DNA of 64,000 bases, from IMG/VR virus record IMGVR_UViG_3300028394_002011; one strand, written 5' to 3'. Positions 34,841-42,999 of this stretch are shown piece by piece (position 1 is the first letter of the stretch; the number at the start of each line of letters is the position of its first letter). The DNA is from a virus. The position numbers and the translations under genes are program-made. The notes below the pieces were generated by a model, which was given only the letters and a program-made list of their open reading frames with translations, was not told the DNA's origin and did no database searches.

Positions 34841-36022
34841 ATGTCACACGCAGATCCAATTATCGACAAAATTATCGTAGCCCGTGTAGGTCTACTACTC
34901 CGCCATCCATTCTTTGGCAATATGGCTACACGCCTAAAAATTGAAGAAGCAAGCGACTGGCTTCCCACTGCCGCTACAGACGGGCGTACAATTTATTTTA
35001 ATCGTGAATTTTTTGCACCTTTAACTACTAAACAAATCGAATTTGTTATTGCACATGAAATTTTGCATAACGTGTTTGATCATATGACTCGTGTGGAAGG
35101 TCGAAATAAACGTATTTGGAATATTGCCGCTGACTATTGTGTTAACGGACAATTGGTACGTGATCGCATTGGCGAACAACCTCCAGAGATCAAAATCTTC
35201 CACGATGCCAAATATTACGGCAAAGGTGCAGAAGAAGTCTATGACGAAATTTACAACAAACACGACGAAGAAGAATTAGATGCACTTGGTCAGTTGTTAG
35301 ACGAACACGTTGACTGGGGTGAGAACGGTAAAGACGGACAGCCGCAGTACAGCAAAGACGAGTTGAAGAAAATTCGTGATGAAATCCGCGAAGCTACTTT
35401 ACAAGCCGCACAAGCGGCGGGTGCAGGAAATACACCTGCAAGTATCCAACGAATGATTAAAGAGCTCACTGAACCTAAGATGAACTGGCGTGAAATTATT
35501 CGTCAACAAATCCAAAGTACTATTCGAGATGACTTTAGTTTTATGCGTCCCAATCGTAAAGGCTGGCACATGGGTGCTATCCTGCCTGGAACTAACTTTA
35601 AAGAAACAATTGACATTTGCGTTGCAATTGATATGTCAGGCTCTATTGGCGATGACCAGGCTAAGGATTTTTTAGCAGAGATCAAAGGCATTATGCAAGA
35701 GTATCAAGACTTTAACATTAAAGTATGGTGTTTTGATACCAAAGTGTACAATGAAGCAGACTACGATGGATACTCAATGGACGAGTTTGACGACTACGAA
35801 GTCATGGGTGGTGGTGGTACTGAATTTGATGCCAACTGGGAATATATGAAACAGCATGATATTAATCCTAAAAAGTTTATCATGTTCACAGACGGTTATC
35901 CTTGGGGTAGCTGGGGTGATGAAAACTACTGTGATACAGTGTTTATTATTCACGGTAATACAACTATTATTCCCCCGTTTGGTGAGTTTGCATATTACGA
36001 AGAAGTGACTGAAAACGCATAA
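34841..36022 (+). CDS. metallopeptidase-like (HExxH) + vWA domain protein, MoxR partner
   Basis: TAATDG, AHEILH, NIAADY, MIDAS DMSGS, GGGGT, FTDGY. Confidence 0.9.
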   Translation: MSHADPIIDKIIVARVGLLLRHPFFGNMATRLKIEEASDWLPTAATDGRTIYFNREFFAPLTTKQIEFVIAHEILHNVFDHMTRVEGRNKRIWNIAADYCVNGQLVRDRIGEQPPEIKIFHDAKYYGKGAEEVYDEIYNKHDEEELDALGQLLDEHVDWGENGKDGQPQYSKDELKKIRDEIREATLQAAQAAGAGNTPASIQRMIKELTEPKMNWREIIRQQIQSTIRDDFSFMRPNRKGWHMGAILPGTNFKETIDICVAIDMSGSIGDDQAKDFLAEIKGIMQEYQDFNIKVWCFDTKVYNEADYDGYSMDEFDDYEVMGGGGTEFDANWEYMKQHDINPKKFIMFTDGYPWGSWGDENYCDTVFIIHGNTTIIPPFGEFAYYEEVTENA

Positions 36023-36023
36023 C

Positions 36024-36311
36024 ATGAGTTTAAAAAACGGCAAACCTAATCCTTTAAATTATTTCGAATTACGGAGGGTTAGAGTTGCCTGTCCTCATTT
36101 TAAATACACTACTATAGAACGCTACAATCCAATTTTACTCAAGAATATAGACAATTGGATCTTTACTAATTTAAATAGTAGGTACTATATTGGGCAAAGC
36201 ATTGGACTGGACCAATCTAATACCATTGTGCATAACACACGAATAGGTTTTGAAAGCGAAAAAGAATTAAGTTTCTTCAGGATTGCTTGTCCGCTTTTAG
36301 AAACGAGATAA
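36024..36311 (+). CDS. hypothetical protein
   Basis: 95-aa ORF. Confidence 0.7.
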   Translation: MSLKNGKPNPLNYFELRRVRVACPHFKYTTIERYNPILLKNIDNWIFTNLNSRYYIGQSIGLDQSNTIVHNTRIGFESEKELSFFRIACPLLETR

Positions 36312-36341
36312 TTAACTATGTACTTAACCAAAGGAGATACT

Positions 36342-36578
36342 ATGACTGAATCCGTACAATCAAATCAAGAGCTACCACAAACTGAAGCTCCAGCAGAAAA
36401 TCCAAATGATTTAACTATCAACGATTTAAATGCTATGAAAGTTATCATCGACATTGCCAGTTCACGAGGTGCATTCAAACCAAATGAAATGACAGCGGTT
36501 GGTCAAACTTATACAAAATTAACAGCTTTTTTAGATCAAGTGGCTAAACAAGCTGAAGGACAAAAACAAAATGGCTGA
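36342..36578 (+). CDS. hypothetical protein
   Basis: ATG at 36342 after AAGGAG; GATAATTA late-promoter-like motif at 36307. Confidence 0.75.
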   Translation: MTESVQSNQELPQTEAPAENPNDLTINDLNAMKVIIDIASSRGAFKPNEMTAVGQTYTKLTAFLDQVAKQAEGQKQNG

Positions 36579-37182
36579 ACTCAAACACGTAGGTAGAGTA
36601 AAATCTACCAACAAGAAATGTGTTGTTGCATATCGTACACTGCCCGGCGATGCATACAACTGCTTAATTGTGCCAACAGAAAATTTACCAGATAGCTATC
36701 ATGATGCTATTATCAATCTTGTGGAAAGCACAACTGGCCAAGATGCTCATGAATTTGCAGATGCATTGGCAAGAGGTAATTTTCCAGATGGTAGCATTAT
36801 GCTCTCAGCATTGCATACACAAGGCAAGTTGATTAAGATTTCAACAGATCAAGTTGAAATGCAACCAACAACATCCGTATCAATTTTGTTGTCGGAACTT
36901 AACCAAGTTATTGCAGAACAGCGCGGGGTAGCAATTGACGATTTGTCTGTTAAATCAGGTATTCCTGATGCTAAACAAGCAGAAACACCCAACGCTAAAC
37001 AAGCAGAAAGCAATGTTACACGAACAACATCGTCATCAGTTAATGAAGTTGAAACTGTTGCTGATGCAAGCCCAGAAGCACAGGCTAAATTGTATCGTAG
37101 CCAAGCTGATAAGTTAGCTAAAGAAGCCGCAAATTTCCGTAGACTTGCCGAAGACTTAGTGCCAACTAAAAAACAAAAATGA
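36571..37182 (+). CDS. hypothetical protein
   Basis: 203 aa, operonic. Confidence 0.8.
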   Translation: MAELKHVGRVKSTNKKCVVAYRTLPGDAYNCLIVPTENLPDSYHDAIINLVESTTGQDAHEFADALARGNFPDGSIMLSALHTQGKLIKISTDQVEMQPTTSVSILLSELNQVIAEQRGVAIDDLSVKSGIPDAKQAETPNAKQAESNVTRTTSSSVNEVETVADASPEAQAKLYRSQADKLAKEAANFRRLAEDLVPTKKQK

Positions 37183-37499
37183 TGTCTAAGGGAAAAATCT
37201 TTCCCAAAGAAATCATTGAACATTGGCCCGAAGTATTCGGTGAAGTAAAACTTAACGTATTACCTCTTGGGTATTTGCATTCAGTTTTGGTTAATTTTAA
37301 AGATGGTAAAACGTGGGAAATCAAAGTAACTACAGTCACTCGTAACGAAGGATGGTCTAGTTTTGAATTGAATCTTCGTGAGCTTGTAAAAACTTACGAA
37401 GATTCTATTGATAATATTGATTTTAAACTTGACACTGAACGTGTTAAAAAAGACATTGTAAAATCAACCCAAAAATTCTTAAAGAAAAAGAAGTTATAA
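37179..37499 (+). CDS. hypothetical protein
   Basis: 106 aa, ATGA-coupled. Confidence 0.75.
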   Translation: MMSKGKIFPKEIIEHWPEVFGEVKLNVLPLGYLHSVLVNFKDGKTWEIKVTTVTRNEGWSSFELNLRELVKTYEDSIDNIDFKLDTERVKKDIVKSTQKFLKKKKL

Positions 37500-37502
37500 A
37501 TA

Positions 37503-38165
37503 ATGAATGTTCAGCTATTATCCTATTCTCAGCCAACAGCGGAATTTAGAGATTTGGGCCTTGCAGATGCGCAAGAACTTATTGCGTATTGCGCCCGTGT
37601 CAGCAATCCCTCCAATCAACTCAACACAGACACATCAGAAAAACTCATCAAGTACTTGGTCAAACACCAACACTGGAGCCCACTTGAAATGGTCTCCGCC
37701 TGTATCGAAATCACAACCACAAGAGATATTGCTCGCCAAATCTTGCGACACAGAAGTTTCAGTTTCCAAGAGTTCTCTCAACGCTATGCTGACCCAACGA
37801 AAGATCTCAATTTTGTTACAAGAGAAGCTAGACTGCAAGACGACAAAAATAGACAGAACAGCATCGAAGTGGATGATCAACTGTTACAAAATGAATGGTA
37901 CAGAGCTCAACAACGAGTCATTTATGCCGCTAAACGTGAATACGAATGGGCTATTAAGAACGGCATAGCTAAAGAACAAGCTCGTGCTGTACTTCCAGAA
38001 GGACTTATTGAAAGTCGTTTGTACATGAATGGTACTTTACGTAGTTGGATTCACTTTATCGAACTACGCAGTGCTAACGGCACTCAAAAAGAACACCAAG
38101 AAGTTGCTGTTGCTTGTGCCAAAGTGATAGCCACTATTTTTCCAATGACTGCCGATCTTATTTAA
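37503..38165 (+). CDS. thyX: flavin-dependent thymidylate synthase
   Basis: HWSPLE, RHRSFSFQEFSQRY (RHRx7S), EQARAVLP, NGTLRSWIHF. Confidence 0.96.
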   Translation: MNVQLLSYSQPTAEFRDLGLADAQELIAYCARVSNPSNQLNTDTSEKLIKYLVKHQHWSPLEMVSACIEITTTRDIARQILRHRSFSFQEFSQRYADPTKDLNFVTREARLQDDKNRQNSIEVDDQLLQNEWYRAQQRVIYAAKREYEWAIKNGIAKEQARAVLPEGLIESRLYMNGTLRSWIHFIELRSANGTQKEHQEVAVACAKVIATIFPMTADLI

Positions 38166-39147
38166 AAGTATCCGGAGGGTGAGTTTCTATGTGATAATAG
38201 AATTCACCCTCTAACCACGAGTCGTCTTTGATCTTAGCGTAGGTCTCTGGATCATTCTTATAAGTTTCACCAAACCACTTGCCAGCACCGGCGCCGCTAC
38301 GCGAATATTCGTTATGACCACTATACAACAATTCTTGTATTCTATCAGCATCAGGCGTATCAGACCTTGCTAACTCTGCACTTTCACGAAATGCGACAAT
38401 CCAAAACGTCATCGAGGGCACAGGCTGAGATTTAAAAGTTTCAGGCGGATATAATTTAATATGTTCTTTGAATTGTATCTCTAACCAGTCATAATCATTG
38501 ATCTTAGAAAGTAATTTAGGATTATCTTTGTATGTTGTTCCATACCACTTGCCAGCACTTGCACCGCCTTTGGCATATTCTCCAAAAGGCCGATCTCCGC
38601 CAATATCGATCCATGTTTGTAATCTATACATTGTTTCAACATCTAGTTGTCCGGTAATAGTTTTGCTGGCTAACTTAGCACATTCTCTGAATGCACTGCG
38701 CCAAGTGCTTAACGGATCAGTATTAAATGCCGTTATATTTGATATGGCTGGCATGGATTTAAATCTTGGAGATATACTGGTAGTCATATCCGGTGAGGAC
38801 GTATACATATTCAATGTCAGTTGTGTTGGCAATAATTTGACGCCGCCGTAACCATACACTAAGTCATTTATAGGATTCTTGCTTTTCCATACATGTACAA
38901 TGTCTTCTTCGCTAGTATCTAATTTAATATCAAATTTAAAATTTGGTAATAAATCTGCATCTACATCAACTACCCAAAACATGTTAGTAGTTGATAGTTT
39001 TGCGGCTGCAATGTGTGCTTGATGTATGCCTTTAACTCCGTGAATTCGATACACTTTGTTTGGAAGATCGGCAATTTTTTTTAAAAATTTAAAATACAAA
39101 GCATTTGCATTTGATTCGTCAAATGATAGGAATGCAATATCGTACAT
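38158..39147 (-). CDS. GT-A-like glycosyltransferase, paralogue 1
   Basis: FLSFDE, HGVKGIHQAH, VVDVDAD (DxD), GYGGVKL, AFRECAKL. Confidence 0.6.
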   Translation of the reverse strand: MYDIAFLSFDESNANALYFKFLKKIADLPNKVYRIHGVKGIHQAHIAAAKLSTTNMFWVVDVDADLLPNFKFDIKLDTSEEDIVHVWKSKNPINDLVYGYGGVKLLPTQLTLNMYTSSPDMTTSISPRFKSMPAISNITAFNTDPLSTWRSAFRECAKLASKTITGQLDVETMYRLQTWIDIGGDRPFGEYAKGGASAGKWYGTTYKDNPKLLSKINDYDWLEIQFKEHIKLYPPETFKSQPVPSMTFWIVAFRESAELARSDTPDADRIQELLYSGHNEYSRSGAGAGKWFGETYKNDPETYAKIKDDSWLEGEFYYHIETHPPDTFK

Positions 39148-40046
39148 CAGCGTCTCCGAATAATTCTTGGAGAATTATTATAAACTGTTTTAAAAAATTT
39201 GCTGCCATCAGAATCTAAATCTGCTACCTCTAAACCGCACTCGTGTTTTAAAGTTTCGCCAAGGCCCATGATTTCATAAGGTAGCATACTATCTGTTATC
39301 TTACTGTATTTTGTTTCCCACTGATTAGTTAACCATTCAAAATCACGAACATTAGAATAATCCCAATCGGTGCAATTAGTTAAGTATGCACCTTCTCTTG
39401 CTCCGTACATACTCCATTCACCGTTCTCTACATCAGCACCAATATTGCACCATATTAACATCCTATCGTAATTTTGCCACCACACGGTTTTTAAATCTTC
39501 AACTTTAGCACCTTGATTCAATGACATCTTTACGCCTTCACGGAATCCGGCACGCCAGGCTTGAAATGGCGTAGCATTAGTAAAACTCTCGCTGTAGTTT
39601 TCATTGAATTGATAGTACTTGTCATCAAAACAAAATTCAACTAGTCCCTTTGCATCATTAGGATCTGAATTTTCATGTGTACGCATATTGTTTACAAACT
39701 TGCGTGTCCACATTTTAAGGCCACCGTTGCCGTACATAAGTCCATTAACATGCACTCGGCCGCACCAACTAAACACATGGTCTGGTGTTAATCCAAGTGC
39801 ATCTGTATCTATTTCGACTTCAAGAAATTTAGGATCTATAATGTTGTCGGCATCTACTGTAACAAAGTATTCAGTATCACTTAAGGCGGCGCAGGCTTTG
39901 TGCGCGGCGTCGCTACCTTTAACACCATGTACACGCTTTGCCCAGGGAACTTTGTTACACAAATCGGCATAATTCTTTTCTGCATTAGGTTCGTCATAAC
40001 TCAGAAAAATAATATCTTGTTCTATAATTTTAATAATATTATTCAT
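39147..40046 (-). CDS. GT-A-like glycosyltransferase, paralogue 2
   Basis: FLSYDE, HGVKGSDAAH, TVDADN (DxD), GNGGLKM, AGFREGVK. Confidence 0.6.
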   Translation of the reverse strand: MNNIIKIIEQDIIFLSYDEPNAEKNYADLCNKVPWAKRVHGVKGSDAAHKACAALSDTEYFVTVDADNIIDPKFLEVEIDTDALGLTPDHVFSWCGRVHVNGLMYGNGGLKMWTRKFVNNMRTHENSDPNDAKGLVEFCFDDKYYQFNENYSESFTNATPFQAWRAGFREGVKMSLNQGAKVEDLKTVWWQNYDRMLIWCNIGADVENGEWSMYGAREGAYLTNCTDWDYSNVRDFEWLTNQWETKYSKITDSMLPYEIMGLGETLKHECGLEVADLDSDGSKFFKTVYNNSPRIIRRR

Positions 40047-40629
40047 TTGTTTCTTTCCATTCTTGTATATTATATGAGAAAAACGGATTTTTTATAAAAA
40101 TATTGACCTGTTTGATGTCGGCTTCACGTGCAGATACAAACGGTATAACCGTCTTATCCTGAATTAATTGTTGTATATCAATTTGTATATGTTGTATTAA
40201 AATGTTAGGTTCATTTGACGCTGTGATATAAAATTCTGCATTTTTATATCGTATACCTGAAATATGATTTTCATCATATATGCGCTGTCTAAATTCATCA
40301 GTGATAATAAAAACCCATACTTTTTTAAAAGCATCCCAATGTATTGTTAACTCGGTTACAGGATTGTTAGTATTACTTGTAATTTTTTCAAGCAAATTAT
40401 TTTTAAAAAATATATTTTGATTTTCTTTTTGAACTAGTTCAAACTCATGATCTATATTTTTTGTTCTGCAAATTATCCAATCAGAAAACTTTTCAATACC
40501 GCTGACAAATAAATGGTATTGCTCTTTAGTCACTTCTAATTTGTACTCATACTCGGGCCGCAATTCGTTAGAAAATGCAAGTAAGGTTCCTGTGCCAATA
40601 TCAAAATACGCATACAGTTTACTTGACAT
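40039..40629 (-). CDS. hypothetical protein
   Basis: 196 aa, very AT-rich, overlaps neighbours. Confidence 0.7.
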   Translation of the reverse strand: MSSKLYAYFDIGTGTLLAFSNELRPEYEYKLEVTKEQYHLFVSGIEKFSDWIICRTKNIDHEFELVQKENQNIFFKNNLLEKITSNTNNPVTELTIHWDAFKKVWVFIITDEFRQRIYDENHISGIRYKNAEFYITASNEPNILIQHIQIDIQQLIQDKTVIPFVSAREADIKQVNIFIKNPFFSYNIQEWKETNE

Positions 40630-41458
40630 TTGCCAACTCCTCTAATTCCATTAATAAGATGTCTGTTACAAAATTCTTTTCTACATAATGGAATAATTTA
40701 TCTTGGGCAATATTACCAACTACTAATTTACCATTGGATGTTAGATACTGTGGAACTATATCTTGCCAGCTTTCTGGATTAGTTGTCCATCCCTGGATAG
40801 GAGATTTCATATGAGTAAATTGTAATGGAGAATTTATATCAATTATATCTTGCATTCCTGCTAATTTTATTGCAACGGCACAAGCTACATCCATACTTAA
40901 CCAGTTTTGATATTCTTCAGGTGCAAATTTTCCATAACATAATTCCCAATTACTTACAACATACGCTAGTACTTTATAAAAATCATCAGCTTCATCAGAT
41001 TTTTTAAAGTAGTGCAATGCATGATAAACATTGGGCAAATTATTTGCTATAAATGTTTTGCGATGTACAGTATCAATGACATTTTCTAATTTATAATTTG
41101 TAATTTTTGAACAAAAACGAATATCAAAATTGCCGCAATATGTCCACCATGTACTGATATCTTCCAACAATAACATATCAGCATCTAATACAATGGTTTC
41201 ATAATATGGACTTGCATGATACAATTTCCAGCGATTCTCAATTTTCCATTGAGTATTTTTAGCATCATCATTCCACGGAATTGGAATAATTTTATCAAAT
41301 ACTGATTTGTATTTTTTTGGAACTTTATTATTAGTAACTAACGATATATTGGTTACATCTGTTTGGGTTGCTTTGATACTTAGGGCAAGTGCGTAGGCTT
41401 GTCTAATGTAATCAACATTTTTATTATTCTGAGCAAGTACAACAAATCCTTTAGACAC
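40619..41458 (-). CDS. GT8/mannosyltransferase-like glycosyltransferase, paralogue A
   Basis: GTG at 41458 after GGAGG; AYALALSIK, SPYYETIVLDADML (DxD), FTHMK. Confidence 0.65.
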   Translation of the reverse strand: MSKGFVVLAQNNKNVDYIRQAYALALSIKATQTDVTNISLVTNNKVPKKYKSVFDKIIPIPWNDDAKNTQWKIENRWKLYHASPYYETIVLDADMLLLEDISTWWTYCGNFDIRFCSKITNYKLENVIDTVHRKTFIANNLPNVYHALHYFKKSDEADDFYKVLAYVVSNWELCYGKFAPEEYQNWLSMDVACAVAIKLAGMQDIIDINSPLQFTHMKSPIQGWTTNPESWQDIVPQYLTSNGKLVVGNIAQDKLFHYVEKNFVTDILLMELEELANVK

Positions 41459-42308
41459 CACAACCTCCATCAATAAATCTAGTGAGGCTAAGTTTGTTCA
41501 TGACATGTGTATCAGTATCATTCATAGATACCGCAGTATACTCCCCTAGATGATTTTCTTTTTCGATCAAAAATTTCATTTTACCATCTTTGATAGATAT
41601 CAACAAATCTCTATCAGAAATATACAACATTTTTCCTGGCAATTCTTGTGCAAACATTCCTGATGTTTTTGCATTCATAAGATGAATTGCAATACTAAAA
41701 GCAAAATCGTTTCTAAATGTAGGAACTTCTATACTGTATAATGTTCTAAAATAATTCCAATTAGATTTAATATAAACAACAATATCAAAAAAAGATTTTA
41801 CTTCTAATGTTTTTTCAAAAATAAATGTAGTCGCCCAATAAAAAGGAATAGAATATTGATTTATTCTTTTAAATTCTGTATCTTCTCTCCAAGACGATAA
41901 ACTAAAACTATCTTTATATATTTGAAAATTATGGTCAGACTCTAGTGCGCCTACCAATAAGGTAGAATTGATAATATAATCACTATCAATAACCAATGTT
42001 CTATCATAAGGAGTTAGATTGAATACAGAGTTTCTATCTAAATTTTTCCATTCTAAAAATTTTGAGGATAATGTACCATCGTTGAATCTTTTTTGATTTT
42101 GTGCAGGTGCATATTCTATCTCAATAATTTGATCAAATATTACAGATTCTTTAGGATATGCTGTTAACATCCAGTCTGCACAGTCAGTTATAATACTGAC
42201 AGGAATATTTAAAAAAGTCTTTATTTGAGACGCGGCAAAAATTGCCAGTTTGACATAGTCGATAGATGAATTATTCTGAGCAAAGATTACAGCACCGACT
42301 GTTTTCAT
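41451..42308 (-). CDS. GT8-like glycosyltransferase, paralogue B
   Basis: DYVKLA, TPYDRTLVIDSDY (DxD), YWAT, FRNDFAFSIA. Confidence 0.65.
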   Translation of the reverse strand: MKTVGAVIFAQNNSSIDYVKLAIFAASQIKTFLNIPVSIITDCADWMLTAYPKESVIFDQIIEIEYAPAQNQKRFNDGTLSSKFLEWKNLDRNSVFNLTPYDRTLVIDSDYIINSTLLVGALESDHNFQIYKDSFSLSSWREDTEFKRINQYSIPFYWATTFIFEKTLEVKSFFDIVVYIKSNWNYFRTLYSIEVPTFRNDFAFSIAIHLMNAKTSGMFAQELPGKMLYISDRDLLISIKDGKMKFLIEKENHLGEYTAVSMNDTDTHVMNKLSLTRFIDGGCGV

Positions 42309-42655
42309 AGGTCAATTAAATCACTTATTTTTCTTTTAGATTTAATAGCTAAGAATCTAGTTGAGTACGTTTCTGTTACTTCAAAATATTGTGTTGTAAT
42401 ACTATTAAAAAATTCTTGTACATCTGCAACTACAACTGGATTATTATTATCATCAATAAACACAGCATTAGTCGTGCGTTTCAAATCGAGCATTAATTTT
42501 GCAAAATTAATTAAAGTAGGAGTAATTTTAAATGTTGATCCGTTGACATAGTAAATTAATTTTTGATTTACTTCTTCGGCTAACAAACGTCGTTGATTTG
42601 ACAGTGTTGCCATATAATTGACAACTTCAAATGCTTTTTCAATTTTTTCGTCCAT
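42305..42655 (-). CDS. hypothetical protein
   Basis: ATG at 42655 (MDEKIEKAF) after GGAG. Confidence 0.75.
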   Translation of the reverse strand: MDEKIEKAFEVVNYMATLSNQRRLLAEEVNQKLIYYVNGSTFKITPTLINFAKLMLDLKRTTNAVFIDDNNNPVVVADVQEFFNSITTQYFEVTETYSTRFLAIKSKRKISDLIDL

Positions 42656-42676
42656 AGATAACTCCGAGATAGTGTA

Positions 42677-42705
42677 ATAATACACTATTATAATTATCTA
42701 GTCAA
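42677..42705 (-). promoter_or_regulatory. sigma70-type promoter for the glycosyltransferase operon
   Basis: Minus strand TTGACT-17 bp-TATTAT with an extended-10 TG; also contains GATAATTA. Confidence 0.65.
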
Positions 42706-42739
42706 GGAAATTAGATCAGTTATTATGAATATGTTTAAT

Positions 42740-42991
42740 TTATGATTGAACAGGTTGGATATGTGTCCATGCCAATTGTTCTTCTACGCTGACGGTCATA
42801 TAATTTTGGTAATCTTCTATTGTGCGTTGTACAAATGTAGGATCTTGCTGGATTGCTAGATTACGATGAACGACAGCATCCAACTGCTCTTGCGTGAATT
42901 TTAGATTTTGATAAGTTTCAATTAATTCATCTGATGGAGTTTCGTCAAGTCCAGTTATGAATGTGTCAATAATTTGCTGTCTTGTTAGCAT
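42740..42991 (-). CDS. small hypothetical protein (possible fibre chaperone)
   Basis: 83 aa, AAGGA SD, directly after the adhesin-like gene. Confidence 0.65.
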   Translation of the reverse strand: MLTRQQIIDTFITGLDETPSDELIETYQNLKFTQEQLDAVVHRNLAIQQDPTFVQRTIEDYQNYMTVSVEEQLAWTHIQPVQS

Positions 42992-42999
42992 GTTATTCC

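Noticed and set aside
37495-37502. Exact T4 late consensus TATAAATA before thyX
   Set aside because: It abuts the ATG at 37503, so transcription would start inside the gene; it is made from the upstream stop codon in AT-rich sequence.
38158-38165. Convergent 8-nt overlap of thyX and the GT gene
   Set aside because: Ordinary compact junction at a strand switch; no terminator or other structure seen.
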